DNA of 64,000 bases from an uncultured Fibrobacteraceae bacterium (GCA_964436825.1 CAYTEO010000004.1:28372-92371), one strand, 5' to 3'; shown: positions 18,153 to 27,519, counted from the stretch's first letter. The notes: generated from the sequence alone by a model not told the origin. Numbers and translations are program-made.

Positions 18153-19232
18153 ATGAAGCGCTGCACCCGCTGCATCCTGCCGGAGACGGTTCCCGGCATC
18201 ACGTTCGACGCCGACGGTGTCTGCCGCTTCTGCCGCGAGCGCCTGCCCATCAGCTACCACGGCGAGGAGCCGCTGCTGGAACTGTTCGCCGCCGCGCGGG
18301 AGCAGGGGCGACCGTACGATGCCGTCGTGCCCCTCAGCGGCGGGCGGGACAGCTCGTTCATCCTCCACTACGCCGTCACCCACGGCCTGAAGGTGCTGGC
18401 CGTCAACTACGACAACGAGTTCGTCACCGACCTCGCCGTGGCGAACATGCAGCGGGTGTGCCGGAAACTGGGGACCGACCTGGTCCGTTACCGCTCCCGG
18501 CACGGCCTGGCCCGGCGGATCGTCCGCGACAGCATCCTCAACGCCTCGCGCCACGACCTGCCGACCCTGGCCCAGTGCTTCTGCGGGGCGTGCAGCTACG
18601 GGTTCCGGGCCGTCGTCTACGAGACGGCGCGACGGCACGGGATCCCGCTGATCCTGTGGGGGGGCTCGCGGATCGAGGAGACGACGCACATGACCCGCCA
18701 GGGGCTGGCCACCGGGCGCAGGACGGTCGCCGGCCTGGTCGGCAAGCTGCGGCCGGTCAACGTCCGCAGCCGGGTCAACATGTATCGACTGCGCTGGGAG
18801 TTCCCGTCGGGCCGGTCGTTCGTGGAGGACCTGCGCCTGGAACGGCCGCTGCCGGCCTCGCCGGGGATCACCGAGGTGAGCGTCTTCGACTATATCGGTT
18901 GGGACCGGCAGCTCCTGAAACGGACGATCCTCGACGAGCTGGGCTGGCGGAAGCCCGAGGGCGCCGCCACCACCTGGCGCTCGGACTGCAAGCTGGAACC
19001 GCTGGTCACCTACTGCTTCAAGAACATCTTCGGCTGCGACAAGAGCGCCTTCGGCTTCCACAACATGATCAACGAGGGACAGATGACGCGCGCGGAGGCC
19101 CTGCAGCGGGAGGAGGCGACGACCGGCGCGTACACGCCCGAGCTGGATCGCCTGTTGCGGGAGGAGATCGGCCTGCCGGAGAAGCCGATCGCGCGCATCC
19201 GCTCGTTCGCGCGGCCGGAGCTCTGGAGCTGA
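18153..19232 (+). CDS. N-acetyl sugar amidotransferase (PP-loop ATPase, WbuX/WbpG-like, LPS/O-antigen biosynthesis)
   Basis: N-terminal zinc-ribbon CTRCILPETVPGITFDADGVCRFC followed by PP-loop SGGRDSSF, the architecture of TIGR03573-type amidotransferases. Confidence 0.7.
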   Translation: MKRCTRCILPETVPGITFDADGVCRFCRERLPISYHGEEPLLELFAAAREQGRPYDAVVPLSGGRDSSFILHYAVTHGLKVLAVNYDNEFVTDLAVANMQRVCRKLGTDLVRYRSRHGLARRIVRDSILNASRHDLPTLAQCFCGACSYGFRAVVYETARRHGIPLILWGGSRIEETTHMTRQGLATGRRTVAGLVGKLRPVNVRSRVNMYRLRWEFPSGRSFVEDLRLERPLPASPGITEVSVFDYIGWDRQLLKRTILDELGWRKPEGAATTWRSDCKLEPLVTYCFKNIFGCDKSAFGFHNMINEGQMTRAEALQREEATTGAYTPELDRLLREEIGLPEKPIARIRSFARPELWS

Positions 19233-19286
19233 GGTGGTACTGCCGTCCGCTCCCCGGCGCACCGGAAAGACCCTGCACGGAGGAGG

Positions 19287-20171
19287 ATGACCCTGCAGCA
19301 GCAACCTCTCGTCTCGGTGGTCACGGCCACCTACAACATGGCCCGGCACCTGCCCGAGGCCATCGCCTCGGTCCTGCAGCAGGACTACCCCGCCATCGAG
19401 CACATCATCGTCGACGACGGCTCCACCGACGACACCCGGGCCGTCTTGCAGCGGTGGCGCGACGACCCGCGCGTCCGCGTGGTCCACCAGGCCAACGCCG
19501 GCCAGACCGTGGCCAAGAACCGGGGGATCGCCGAGGCCCGCGGCGAGCTGATCGCCTTCCTGGACGCCGACGACGCCTGGCTGCCCGGCAAGCTGAGCAG
19601 GCAGGTGCCCCACTTCGCCGATCCGGAGGTGGGGGTCGTCTTCGGCAACATGATCTACGTCGACGACGCCGGTCGTCCCCTGCCCATCGCCCCGATGCGG
19701 GCCCATGGCGGCTGGATCACCGACAAGCTGCTGATCGACAACTTCGTCGCCTTCCCCACCGTCGTCGTCCGGCGCAGCGTCCTGGACGAGCTGGGCGGGT
19801 TCGACGAGAGCCTGTCGATGTCCATCGACTACGAGCTGTGGCTGCGCGTCTCGGTCCGCTACCGCTTCGTCCACATCGACGAGCCGCTGGCCCGCTACCG
19901 CATCTGGGAGGGACAGATGTCGCACCGCAAGGGGGAGCGGTTCGACAACTTCTTCCGCATGCTGGAACGCTTCCTGGCCGAGCACCCCGGTGTGGTCTCC
20001 GGCGCGGCGATCCGGCACGGCTACGCCCACTCCTACACCTCGCGCGCCTGGTGGCACCTGAGCGAGGGTCGCCGCGGCGCCGCGTTGCGCGACCTGGGCC
20101 GCGCCCTGCGGCTGCGTCCCTGGGACCTGCGCGCCTGGCGGACGGTGGCGAAGGCCGTCACGGGGGTCTGA
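19287..20171 (+). CDS. glycosyltransferase family 2
   Basis: VSVVTATYNMARHLPEAIASVLQQDYPAIEHIIVDDGSTDDT…FLDADD…: classic GT-A fold GT2 N-terminus with DxD. Confidence 0.8.
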   Translation: MTLQQQPLVSVVTATYNMARHLPEAIASVLQQDYPAIEHIIVDDGSTDDTRAVLQRWRDDPRVRVVHQANAGQTVAKNRGIAEARGELIAFLDADDAWLPGKLSRQVPHFADPEVGVVFGNMIYVDDAGRPLPIAPMRAHGGWITDKLLIDNFVAFPTVVVRRSVLDELGGFDESLSMSIDYELWLRVSVRYRFVHIDEPLARYRIWEGQMSHRKGERFDNFFRMLERFLAEHPGVVSGAAIRHGYAHSYTSRAWWHLSEGRRGAALRDLGRALRLRPWDLRAWRTVAKAVTGV

Positions 20172-20208
20172 CCCGGGGCCGGGCGCACCCGCCCGCGCCG
20201 CCGCTGTG

Positions 20209-20640
20209 CTAGTCCTCCTCGCCGCCTGGCCGCCTCCTCTCCCGCTTGATCCGGCTGCGTCGGCGCTTCTGTTGCAGGCGTCGCTCCCGCGACGCCGTCG
20301 TGGGACGGGTCGCCCGGCGCGGTTTCGGGCGCCGGAGGGCCTGTTCCAGCAGTGCCGTCAGGCGGGCGACGGCGTCGTCGAGGTTCCGCTCCCGGGAGCG
20401 GAAGCGCCGCGCGTCGATGACGACGACGCCGTCGGCCGTGGCCCGCCGCCCGGCCAGCCGCAGCAGCCTGGCGCGGACGTCGTCGGGCAGCGAGGGGGAG
20501 CCGGCCGCGTCGAAGCGGAGCTGGCAGGCGGTGGCCACCTTGTTGACGTGCTGGCCGCCGGGGCCGGAGGCGTGGACGAAGCGCACCTCCAGCTCCGAAT
20601 CGGGGATGACGATCCGTGGCGGGCCGGGCAGCTCGATCAT
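20209..20640 (-). CDS. arfB: alternative ribosome-rescue factor ArfB (peptidyl-tRNA hydrolase, GGQ family)
   Basis: GGQ motif ASGPGGQHVNKV and a basic C-terminal tail RRLQQKRRRSRIKRERR typical of ArfB/YaeJ. 143 aa. Confidence 0.85.
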   Translation of the reverse strand: MIELPGPPRIVIPDSELEVRFVHASGPGGQHVNKVATACQLRFDAAGSPSLPDDVRARLLRLAGRRATADGVVVIDARRFRSRERNLDDAVARLTALLEQALRRPKPRRATRPTTASRERRLQQKRRRSRIKRERRRPGGEED

Positions 20641-20974
20641 CGGCGCGCTCCTGGCTGACGGTCAACGGACGTCGACGGCCCCGCCCGGGGGCGGGACCGC
20701 CAGGATCGCACAGGTGGTCGCTCCTGTCATCCGACCAGCGGCACCCGCCGGGCGACCGGGACGGCGGGTGCCGGCAGGAGGGTCCAGGATCGCAGCGGGA
20801 TGCCCGTGGGCTGTTCCCCTGGTCGGGCGCCGCATGACCGGTGGCGGGTCGTGGCGTCGATTCGTGTGGCCGCTCGCGCCGGGGGTCGATCCGTTTCTTG
20901 AAAACAGGGGACGTTTCCGTGCCGGGGAGGTATTCTCCCGGAGGTCCAGGCGAACATCATCCGGGAGCGCGACG

Positions 20975-22366
20975 ATGAAACTCTCCTTCCACGGCGCCGC
21001 CGGCGGCGTCACCGGTTCCTGTCACCTGCTCGAGGTCGGCGGCCGGCGGATCCTGATCGATTGCGGCCTGTTCCAGGGCCGGCGCGAGATCGAGGAGGAG
21101 AACCGCGAACCGTTCGGTTTCGCGCCGGCCTCGCTCGACGCCGTCCTGTTGACCCACGCCCACCTGGACCACTGCGGAAGGTTGCCGCTGCTGGTCCAGG
21201 AGGGGTTCGCCGGCCCGGTGATCACCACGGCCGCCAGCCTGGAGCTGGTGCGCCTGGTGCTTCTGGATGCCGCCCACCTGCAGGAGGAGGAGGCCGAACG
21301 GAACCGCCGCAGGGCGCAGCGCCGCGGCCGGGACACCCGCGGGATCGAACCCCTCTACACGGTCGTCGACGCCATGGCCAGCTTCGACGCCTTCGCCCGG
21401 CCGGTGGGGTACAAGCAGCCGTTCGAGCTGGTGCCGGGGGTGACGGCCACCTTCTTCGACGCGGGCCACATCCTGGGCTCGGCGTCGATCCTGCTGGAGA
21501 TCGTCGAGAACGGCAGGAAGCGGCGGCTGGTCTTCTCCGGCGACATCGGCAACCTCGGCCGGCCCATCCTGCGTCCGCCCGAGGCGCCGCCGGCGGCGGA
21601 CGTCGTCGTCATGGAGACGACCTACGGCGGCCGCCTCCACAAGACGGTCGAGGCGTCGCGTCACGAGCTCTACGACGCCGTCAGGCGGATCCACCGGCGC
21701 GGAGGCAACGTCGTCATCCCGACCTTCGCCCTGGAACGTGCCCAGGAGGTCCTCTACTTCCTGCGCCAGGGACTGGCCGAGGGGGAGCTGCGGCAGCCGC
21801 TGCAGGTCTTCCTGGACTCGCCGATGGCCATCTCGGCCACCAACGTCTTTCGCCGCCACCCCGAGGCGTTCGACAACGAGGCGGCCCGGCTCTTCGCCGA
21901 CGGCGAGGATCCGTTCGTCTTCGAGGGGTTGAAGATGACCCGGGAGGCGGCCGACTCGCGCCTGATCAACGAGGTGCGCCACGGGGCGGTCGTCATGGCC
22001 GGCTCGGGGATGTGCGTCGGCGGGCGCGTCCGCCATCACCTGCGCCGCAACCTGTGGCGCCCCGAGAGCGGCGTCGTCTTCGTCGGGTACGCCTCCCACG
22101 AGACCCTGGCGGGACGGATCATCGACGGTGCGCGCGAGGTGACGCTGTTCGGCGAGACGATCCCGGTGGCGGCGGAGATCGTCACCATCGGCGGGTTCTC
22201 CGCCCACGCCGACCAGGCCGAGCTGCTCGCCTGGCGCGAGCAGGCGGGCCGGCCGGAGCTGACGATCCTCGTGCACGGCGATCCCGATGCCAGCGAGGCC
22301 TTCGCCGCCGAGCTCGCCGGCGCCGAGACGATCATCCCGCAGCTGCACGATACGCTGGAGCTGTGA
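20975..22366 (+). CDS. MBL-fold metallo-hydrolase with beta-CASP domain (RNase J / CPSF-like RNA-metabolising enzyme)
   Basis: HxHxDH motif LTHAHLDHCGRLP, beta-CASP motifs (FDAGHILGS, SGDIG, GGFSAHAD). 463 aa from ATG 20975. Confidence 0.8.
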   Translation: MKLSFHGAAGGVTGSCHLLEVGGRRILIDCGLFQGRREIEEENREPFGFAPASLDAVLLTHAHLDHCGRLPLLVQEGFAGPVITTAASLELVRLVLLDAAHLQEEEAERNRRRAQRRGRDTRGIEPLYTVVDAMASFDAFARPVGYKQPFELVPGVTATFFDAGHILGSASILLEIVENGRKRRLVFSGDIGNLGRPILRPPEAPPAADVVVMETTYGGRLHKTVEASRHELYDAVRRIHRRGGNVVIPTFALERAQEVLYFLRQGLAEGELRQPLQVFLDSPMAISATNVFRRHPEAFDNEAARLFADGEDPFVFEGLKMTREAADSRLINEVRHGAVVMAGSGMCVGGRVRHHLRRNLWRPESGVVFVGYASHETLAGRIIDGAREVTLFGETIPVAAEIVTIGGFSAHADQAELLAWREQAGRPELTILVHGDPDASEAFAAELAGAETIIPQLHDTLEL

Positions 22367-22372
22367 GCGCGG

Positions 22373-23389
22373 TCAGTCCCCGGCGAGGACGAGCTCGGTG
22401 ATCGTCGGCCTGTCCGGAAGGGCCAGCAACCGCCGGCGCGCGACGGAGACGGCCCGCCCGCTCGCGTCGCAGCCCAGCCAGCGGCGCCCCAGCCGCGCCG
22501 CCGCCACGAGCGTCGTTCCCGAGCCGCAGAAGAAGTCGGCCACCAGGTCGCCCGGCCGCGAGTGGGCGGCGACGATCCTCTCCAGCAGGGCCAGCGGCTT
22601 CTGCGTGGGGTAGCCGGTCCGCTCGCGGGCCATGTTGTTCAGGCTGGGGATGTCGGTCCAGACGTCGGGGCACTTCTTCAGCTGCCCGCGCAACCGCTGC
22701 GAGGTGGCCGGCACCAGCGGGGGCGTGAAGGTCCAGTCGTCTCCCTTGCTGTACCAGAGCAGCGTGTCGTGCTTGCGGGGATAGGCCCGCCGGCTCGAGC
22801 CGCCCAGGCCGTAGGTCCAGACGATCTCGCCGCGGAAACCGGGCGCGCCGCGCCGGCCGCCGCGCTCGCCGGGCCCGAAGACCTCGTCGCAGAGCAGCGC
22901 CAGCGCCGGTGCCAGGCGCCAGTCGCAGTGCAGGACGAGGCTGCCGGCTGGGGAGAGCAGCTCGCGGATCAGCAGCAGGCGCGGGTGGATCATCGCCAGG
23001 TAGCCGGCCGGGCCGCCGTCCCAGCGGTCGCGGTAGGCGAGGCCGCCCTCGTCGTCGACCGTTCCCCGCGGGCGATGCCGGAACGCGTCGCCGGTCCCGA
23101 AGGGCGGATCGGTGACGACCAGGTCGATCTGCCCGGCCAGCTCCCGGTGCAGGGCGGCCATGACCGGCAGGTTGTCACCTTGGATCAGCCTGCCCGGCGG
23201 GGCGTCGCCACCGCCGTCCGCGGCGGGGTGGGTCGCGCGGACCGACAGCGCCGGCGGCGTCGCCAGCAGGCGGTCGACGATCGCGTCCGCCTGCCCCTTG
23301 CCGGGCCAGCAGAGGTGCGGGGCGCGGACCGCGTCGGGAGGCGATGCCGCGCGTCTTCGGGTGCCGGGGCCGGTGTCGTCTCTCATCAT
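22373..23389 (-). CDS. site-specific DNA methyltransferase (N6-adenine/N4-cytosine, beta-class, N6_N4_Mtase family); no cognate restriction gene nearby
   Basis: Motif IV VVTDPPFGTG precedes motif I DFFCGSGTT (beta-class order). Also YPTQKPLALLERIV. Start ATGATG at 23389. The 958-aa track ORF is a shadow-frame read-through. Confidence 0.8.
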   Translation of the reverse strand: MMRDDTGPGTRRRAASPPDAVRAPHLCWPGKGQADAIVDRLLATPPALSVRATHPAADGGGDAPPGRLIQGDNLPVMAALHRELAGQIDLVVTDPPFGTGDAFRHRPRGTVDDEGGLAYRDRWDGGPAGYLAMIHPRLLLIRELLSPAGSLVLHCDWRLAPALALLCDEVFGPGERGGRRGAPGFRGEIVWTYGLGGSSRRAYPRKHDTLLWYSKGDDWTFTPPLVPATSQRLRGQLKKCPDVWTDIPSLNNMARERTGYPTQKPLALLERIVAAHSRPGDLVADFFCGSGTTLVAAARLGRRWLGCDASGRAVSVARRRLLALPDRPTITELVLAGD

Positions 23390-23394
23390 CGGCC

Positions 23395-23979
23395 TCAGTG
23401 CGGATACGCCGCCAGCCCGTCCAGGAAGAGCTGGACCGACAGGGCCACCAGGATCATCCCCATCAGCCGCTCGATCGCCACCAGGCCGCGCCGGGTCAGG
23501 ATCCGCCGCAGGAAGGTGGAGCTGACCAGGACGACGAAGGTGGCCGCCCAGGCCAGGCCGGTGGCCAGCAGCAGGTCGGTCAGCCGTCCCGGCGCGGCGG
23601 TGGAGAACATCAGCAGGACCGCCAGCAGCGACGGGCCGGCGATCAGCGGCACGGCCATGGGGACCAGCAGCGGCTCGCCGTCGGACTCGGCCCCGGCCAG
23701 GGACTGCCCGGTGGGAAAGACCATCCGGACGGCGATCAGGAAGAGGATGATTCCCCCGGCGATGCTGACCGACTCGCGGCGCAGGCCCATGGCGTCCATG
23801 ACGTGCCGGCCGCCGAAGAGGAACGCGGCGATGACCACCAGGGCCAGCAGCAGCTCCCGGACCAGGACCCGGCGCCGCCGGTGCTCGGGGACCCGCTCGA
23901 GGATCGGCAGGAAGACCGGGATGTTCCCGAACGGGTCCATGATCAGGAACAGGGTGATGGCCATCGACAGGACGGACAT
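23395..23979 (-). CDS. MarC family (UPF0056) inner-membrane protein
   Basis: MSVLSMAITLFLIMDPFGNIPVFL… is a typical MarC N-terminus (DPxGNxPxF). Six hydrophobic segments. Stop lies 3 nt before the MTase start. Confidence 0.75.
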   Translation of the reverse strand: MSVLSMAITLFLIMDPFGNIPVFLPILERVPEHRRRRVLVRELLLALVVIAAFLFGGRHVMDAMGLRRESVSIAGGIILFLIAVRMVFPTGQSLAGAESDGEPLLVPMAVPLIAGPSLLAVLLMFSTAAPGRLTDLLLATGLAWAATFVVLVSSTFLRRILTRRGLVAIERLMGMILVALSVQLFLDGLAAYPH

Positions 23980-24145
23980 GGCGGCGACCTCGGTTGGACA
24001 GAGGGGGTGGTCGGATCGTTCGCCGGGATGATCGGTCCCCGGCGGCCACGGGGCAAGGGAGATCCCGGGCAACGCCCTGCAGGGCGGGCGACCGCTCCGT
24101 CCTTGCGCCGCCGCCGCGGGGTGACGATCTTTCGAGGAGAGCCTC

Positions 24146-24170
24146 TATCCTATTGAAATAGTGGGGGATA
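24146..24170. promoter_or_regulatory. AT-rich nested inverted repeat (candidate operator) upstream of the NifX/MinD operon
   Basis: TATCC-TATTGAAATAG-TGGG-GGATA: outer IR TATCC/GGATA enclosing CTATT-ga-AATAG, 41 nt upstream of ATG 24211, in the divergent marC/nifX-like spacer. A conspicuous AT island in a ~70 % GC context. Confidence 0.3.
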
Positions 24171-24210
24171 TACCGACGGCGGCAGCGTCGGGCCGCCGGG
24201 GAGGAGCCGA

Positions 24211-24571
24211 GATGAAGGTCGTCGTCACAGCGCTGGGACAGGACCTGGACAGCGAGGTCGATCCCCGCTTCGGCCGGGCCCACTGGATGATCCTGGCCGA
24301 TACCGGTTCGGACGCGGTCGAGGTGCTGGACAACCGCGACCAGGCGTCCGCCGGCCAGGGTGCCGGGGTCCAGGCGGCGCAGCTGGTCATCGCGGCGGGG
24401 GCCGAGGCCCTGCTGACCGGCCACTGCGGTCCCAAGGCGTTCCAGGTCCTCGAGGCCGGCGGGGTGGCCGTCTACTCGGGCGTGACCGGCACCGTCCGCG
24501 AGGCGCTGCGGAAGCTGCGCGACGGCGAGCTGGAGCCCAGCGGCGGGCCCGACACGGCCGGCCACTGGTAG
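24211..24571 (+). CDS. NifX/NifB-C-terminal-like (dinitrogenase FeMo-cofactor-binding family, PF02579) protein
   Basis: GGAGGAG RBS before ATG 24211. MKVVVTALGQDLDSEVDPRFGRAHWMIL…AQLVIAAGAEALLTGHCGPKAFQVLEAGGVAVY fits the family pattern (GRAxxF, GxCGxxA). Confidence 0.7.
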
Positions 24572-24593
24572 GAACGGACCGGGGAGGGTTGCC

Positions 24594-25448
24594 ATGCGGA
24601 TCGCGGTCGCCAGCGGCAAGGGCGGGACCGGCAAGACGACCGTCGCGGTCGGACTGGCCGTCCTGGCGTCCCGTGCGGGCCTGCCGGTCCGCCTGGGCGA
24701 CTGCGACGTCGAGGAGCCCAACGCCCACCTCTTCCTCCAGCCCAGCTTCGGCGAGTCCGTGCCGGTGAAGGCGGAGATCCCCGTCGTCGACCAGGACCGC
24801 TGCGACCACTGCGGTGCCTGCGGCGAGATCTGCCAGTTCAACGCCATCGCCTGCCTGCCCGACAGGACGATCGTCTTCCCCGACCTCTGCCACAGCTGCG
24901 CCGGCTGCTGGCTGGTCTGTCCCCGCGGGGCCATCGCCACCACGGACCGTGTCCTGGGCGAGGTGAGCAGCGGCCCGGCCGACGGGATCGCGTGCGTCAG
25001 GGGCAGGCTGCGCGTCGGCGAGACGGTCGTTCCGCCCCTGGTCCGGGAGGTCAAGCGACGGGCGGCGGGCGACGGGGGGTGGGTCATCCTGGACGCGCCG
25101 CCGGGGGCGTCGTGTCCCGTCGTCGAGACCCTCCGCGACGCCGACTTCGTCCTGCTGGTCACCGAGCCGACACCGTTCGGACTGCACGACCTGGCCGTGG
25201 CCGTCGAGCTGGTCCGCTCGCTGGGGCGGCCGTGCGGGGTCGTCGTCAACCGGGCCGGCAGCGGGGACGACCGGGTGGAACGGTTCTGCGCCGAGCAGGG
25301 GATCGAGATCGCGGCCAGGCTGCCGTTCAGCAGGGCCGTGGCCGAGGCCTACGCCCACGGCAGGCTGGCCGTCGACGCCGACCCGGCCGTCGGCGATGCC
25401 ATGGCCGGCCTGGTGGCATGGCTGCGCGAGAGGGAGGTGCGGTCGTGA
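24594..25448 (+). CDS. MinD/ParA/CooC-like P-loop ATPase with embedded 4Fe-4S ferredoxin domain
   Basis: Deviant Walker A ASGKGGTGKTTV. Two CxxCxxC clusters (CDHCGACGEIC, CHSCAGCWLVCP). Confidence 0.8.
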   Translation: MRIAVASGKGGTGKTTVAVGLAVLASRAGLPVRLGDCDVEEPNAHLFLQPSFGESVPVKAEIPVVDQDRCDHCGACGEICQFNAIACLPDRTIVFPDLCHSCAGCWLVCPRGAIATTDRVLGEVSSGPADGIACVRGRLRVGETVVPPLVREVKRRAAGDGGWVILDAPPGASCPVVETLRDADFVLLVTEPTPFGLHDLAVAVELVRSLGRPCGVVVNRAGSGDDRVERFCAEQGIEIAARLPFSRAVAEAYAHGRLAVDADPAVGDAMAGLVAWLREREVRS

Positions 25449-26338
25449 CCGAGCTCGTCGTCTGCAGCGGCAAGGGGGGGACGGGCAAGACGAGCGTGCT
25501 GGCCTCGTTCGCCGCGCTGTCGGCCGGCGGCGCCGTGCTGGCCGACGCCGACGTCGACGCCGCCAACCTCCACCTCGTCCTCGCGCCGCGGCGGTGCCAC
25601 GCCGAGCCGTTCATCAGCGGGCACGTGGCCGTCATCCGGCAGCAGGACTGCACGGGCTGCGGGACCTGCCACGATCTCTGTCGCTTCGATGCCATCGTCC
25701 GGGAGCCGGGCGACGACGGCTGGCGCTTCCGGGTCGACCCGGCGGCCTGCGAGGGCTGCGGTGTCTGCGTCCACTTCTGTCCCACCGGCGCCATCGACTT
25801 CCCCGACGCCCGCTGCGGCGAGTGGTACCTGTCGGAGACGCCCTACGGGCCGCTGGTCCACGCCCGTCTCGAGCCTGGCGCCGAGAACTCGGGCAAGCTG
25901 GTCACCCTGGTGCGCGAGAAGGCGCGCCAGGAGGCCGAGCGGGCGGGCCGGGAGTTGATCCTGGTGGACGGACCACCTGGGATCGGCTGCCCGGTGACCG
26001 CCGCGCTGACCGGCGCCGACGTCGTCCTGCTGGTGGCCGAGCCGAGCCTCTCCGGTCTGCACGACCTGGAGCGGGTCGTCGAGCTGGCGGCCCATTTCGG
26101 CGTGCGGGCGCTGGCCTGCGTCAACAAGGCGGACCTGAGCGAAGAGCTGACCGGCCGGATCGAGCAGTGGTGCGCCGAGCGCGGCGTGCCGGTGGCGGGG
26201 CGGATCCCGTTCGATCCCGCCGTGACGCGGGCCCAGCTCGAGGGTCGCAGCCTCGTCGAGGCGGCACCCGGGTCGGCGGCCGGCCGGGCCGTCCGCGCGC
26301 TCTGGGAACGGGTTCGTCGCGAGCTGACAGGAGGATGA
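25445..26338 (+). CDS. second MinD/ParA-like P-loop ATPase with 4Fe-4S ferredoxin domain (paralogue of previous gene)
   Basis: GTG 25445 overlaps the upstream stop (GTGA). Walker A CSGKGGTGKTSV. Cys clusters CTGCGTCHDLC and CEGCGVCVHFCP. Confidence 0.8.
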   Translation: MTELVVCSGKGGTGKTSVLASFAALSAGGAVLADADVDAANLHLVLAPRRCHAEPFISGHVAVIRQQDCTGCGTCHDLCRFDAIVREPGDDGWRFRVDPAACEGCGVCVHFCPTGAIDFPDARCGEWYLSETPYGPLVHARLEPGAENSGKLVTLVREKARQEAERAGRELILVDGPPGIGCPVTAALTGADVVLLVAEPSLSGLHDLERVVELAAHFGVRALACVNKADLSEELTGRIEQWCAERGVPVAGRIPFDPAVTRAQLEGRSLVEAAPGSAAGRAVRALWERVRRELTGG

Positions 26339-26343
26339 CGCGG

Positions 26344-26682
26344 ATGATCATCGCCGTGCCCACGGCCGGGGGCCTGCTGACGCCCCACTTCGGCCACTGC
26401 GAGCAGTTCGCCCTGGTGGAGGTGGATCCCGACGCCGGGAGCGTCGGCGAGGTCCGCCTGGTGACCCCGCCCCCGCACGCACCGGGCATCCTGCCGGTCT
26501 GGCTGGCGGAGCAGGGGGTCGACCTGGTCCTGGCCGGCGGCATGGGCGGCCGCGCCAGGCAGCTGCTGGAAGGGGCGGGTGTCGAGGTGATCCTGGGGGT
26601 GGCCTCCGCCGCGCCGGACGAGCTGGCCCGCGCCTGGCTCGACGGTTCCCTCCCGACCGGGGAGAACGCCTGCGATCACTGA
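26344..26682 (+). CDS. NifX/NifB-like FeMo-cofactor-binding family protein (second copy)
   Basis: RBS AGGAGG before ATG 26344. MIIAVPTAGGLLTPHFGHCEQFALVEV…LVLAGGMGGRARQLL… has the same family signature as 24211..24571. Confidence 0.7.
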   Translation: MIIAVPTAGGLLTPHFGHCEQFALVEVDPDAGSVGEVRLVTPPPHAPGILPVWLAEQGVDLVLAGGMGGRARQLLEGAGVEVILGVASAAPDELARAWLDGSLPTGENACDH

Positions 26683-26688
26683 CTCGGC

Positions 26689-27519
26689 TCAGTGGCTGTC
26701 CGACACGCCCCGCTGCCGCCGCGCCTCGTAGGCCAGCAGCGCCGCCGCCACGCTGACGTTCAGGGAGTCGGCCGCTCCCAGCATGGGGATCCGGCAGCGC
26801 ACGTCGGCCGCCCCCAGCAGCCCTGCCGACAGGCCCGTGTCCTCCGCGCCCAGCAGGATGGCCACCGGCCCGGTCAGGTCGATCTCGGTGTGCAGCATGT
26901 CGGCGTCGGGGGTCGTCGCCACCAGCGCCAGGCCGCGCCCGCGCAGCCAGGGCACCAGCTCCGCGGACGGCAGCTCGAGGACGGGCACGCTGAAGACGGC
27001 GCCGGTGGAGGCGCGCAGGGCGTTGGGGTTCCAGGGATCGGCCCCCGCGCCGCAGGCGATGACGGCGTCGACCCCCGCCCCGCTGGCCGTGCGGACGATC
27101 GCCCCCAGGTTGCCGGGCTTCTCGACCTCCTCCAGGACCAGGACCAGCGGCGACGGTGGCAGCGCGAGGTCGGCGGGTGACCAGGCCGGCGGCGTCGCGA
27201 CGACGACCAGCCCCGCCGGGTGCTTCCGGTAGGCGATCTTCTCCAGGACGGGAGGGGAGACCTCGACGACCAGGGCGTCGCCGGCGGTCAGCGGCGGCAG
27301 CAGGGCCGCCGCCTCGGGGTGGGCGGCCACGACCTCGGGGCAGTGGTAGACCTCGCGGACGGCGACACCGGCGGCCAGGGCCCGCGCCACCACCCGCGGC
27401 TCCTCCATCACGAAGACCCCCTCCTCGCGGCGGTGGCGGCGCTCCCGCAGGCGGACCAGCCGCTTGACGCGGGGATTCTGCAGGCTGGTCAGCCGCAATG
27501 GCTCGCGCGGCGCGCTCAC
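26689..27519 (-). CDS. TrmH/SpoU-family RNA 2'-O-methyltransferase (RlmB-like)
   Basis: SPOUT motifs LVLVLEEVEKPGNLGAIVRTA, ILLGAEDTGLS and LNVSVAAALLAYE. GTG start at 27519 overlaps the thioesterase stop (GTGA). Confidence 0.8.
   Translation of the reverse strand: MSAPREPLRLTSLQNPRVKRLVRLRERRHRREEGVFVMEEPRVVARALAAGVAVREVYHCPEVVAAHPEAAALLPPLTAGDALVVEVSPPVLEKIAYRKHPAGLVVVATPPAWSPADLALPPSPLVLVLEEVEKPGNLGAIVRTASGAGVDAVIACGAGADPWNPNALRASTGAVFSVPVLELPSAELVPWLRGRGLALVATTPDADMLHTEIDLTGPVAILLGAEDTGLSAGLLGAADVRCRIPMLGAADSLNVSVAAALLAYEARRQRGVSDSH

Noticed and set aside
15734-18250. 838-aa minus-strand ORF antisense to aconitase
   Set aside because: No recognisable motifs and low-complexity G/A/R/V-rich. 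The plus-strand aconitase shows all family signatures. An antisense shadow ORF typical of high-GC DNA.
22373-25249. 958-aa minus-strand ORF spanning the MTase, marC, and the antisense of the NifX/MinD genes
   Set aside because: Only the C-terminal 338 aa (22373..23389) carry DNA-MTase motifs. The N-terminal 620 aa are R/P/G/A low-complexity and lie antisense to well-supported genes (marC in another frame; nifX-like and minD-Fd on the plus strand). A GC-rich shadow frame.
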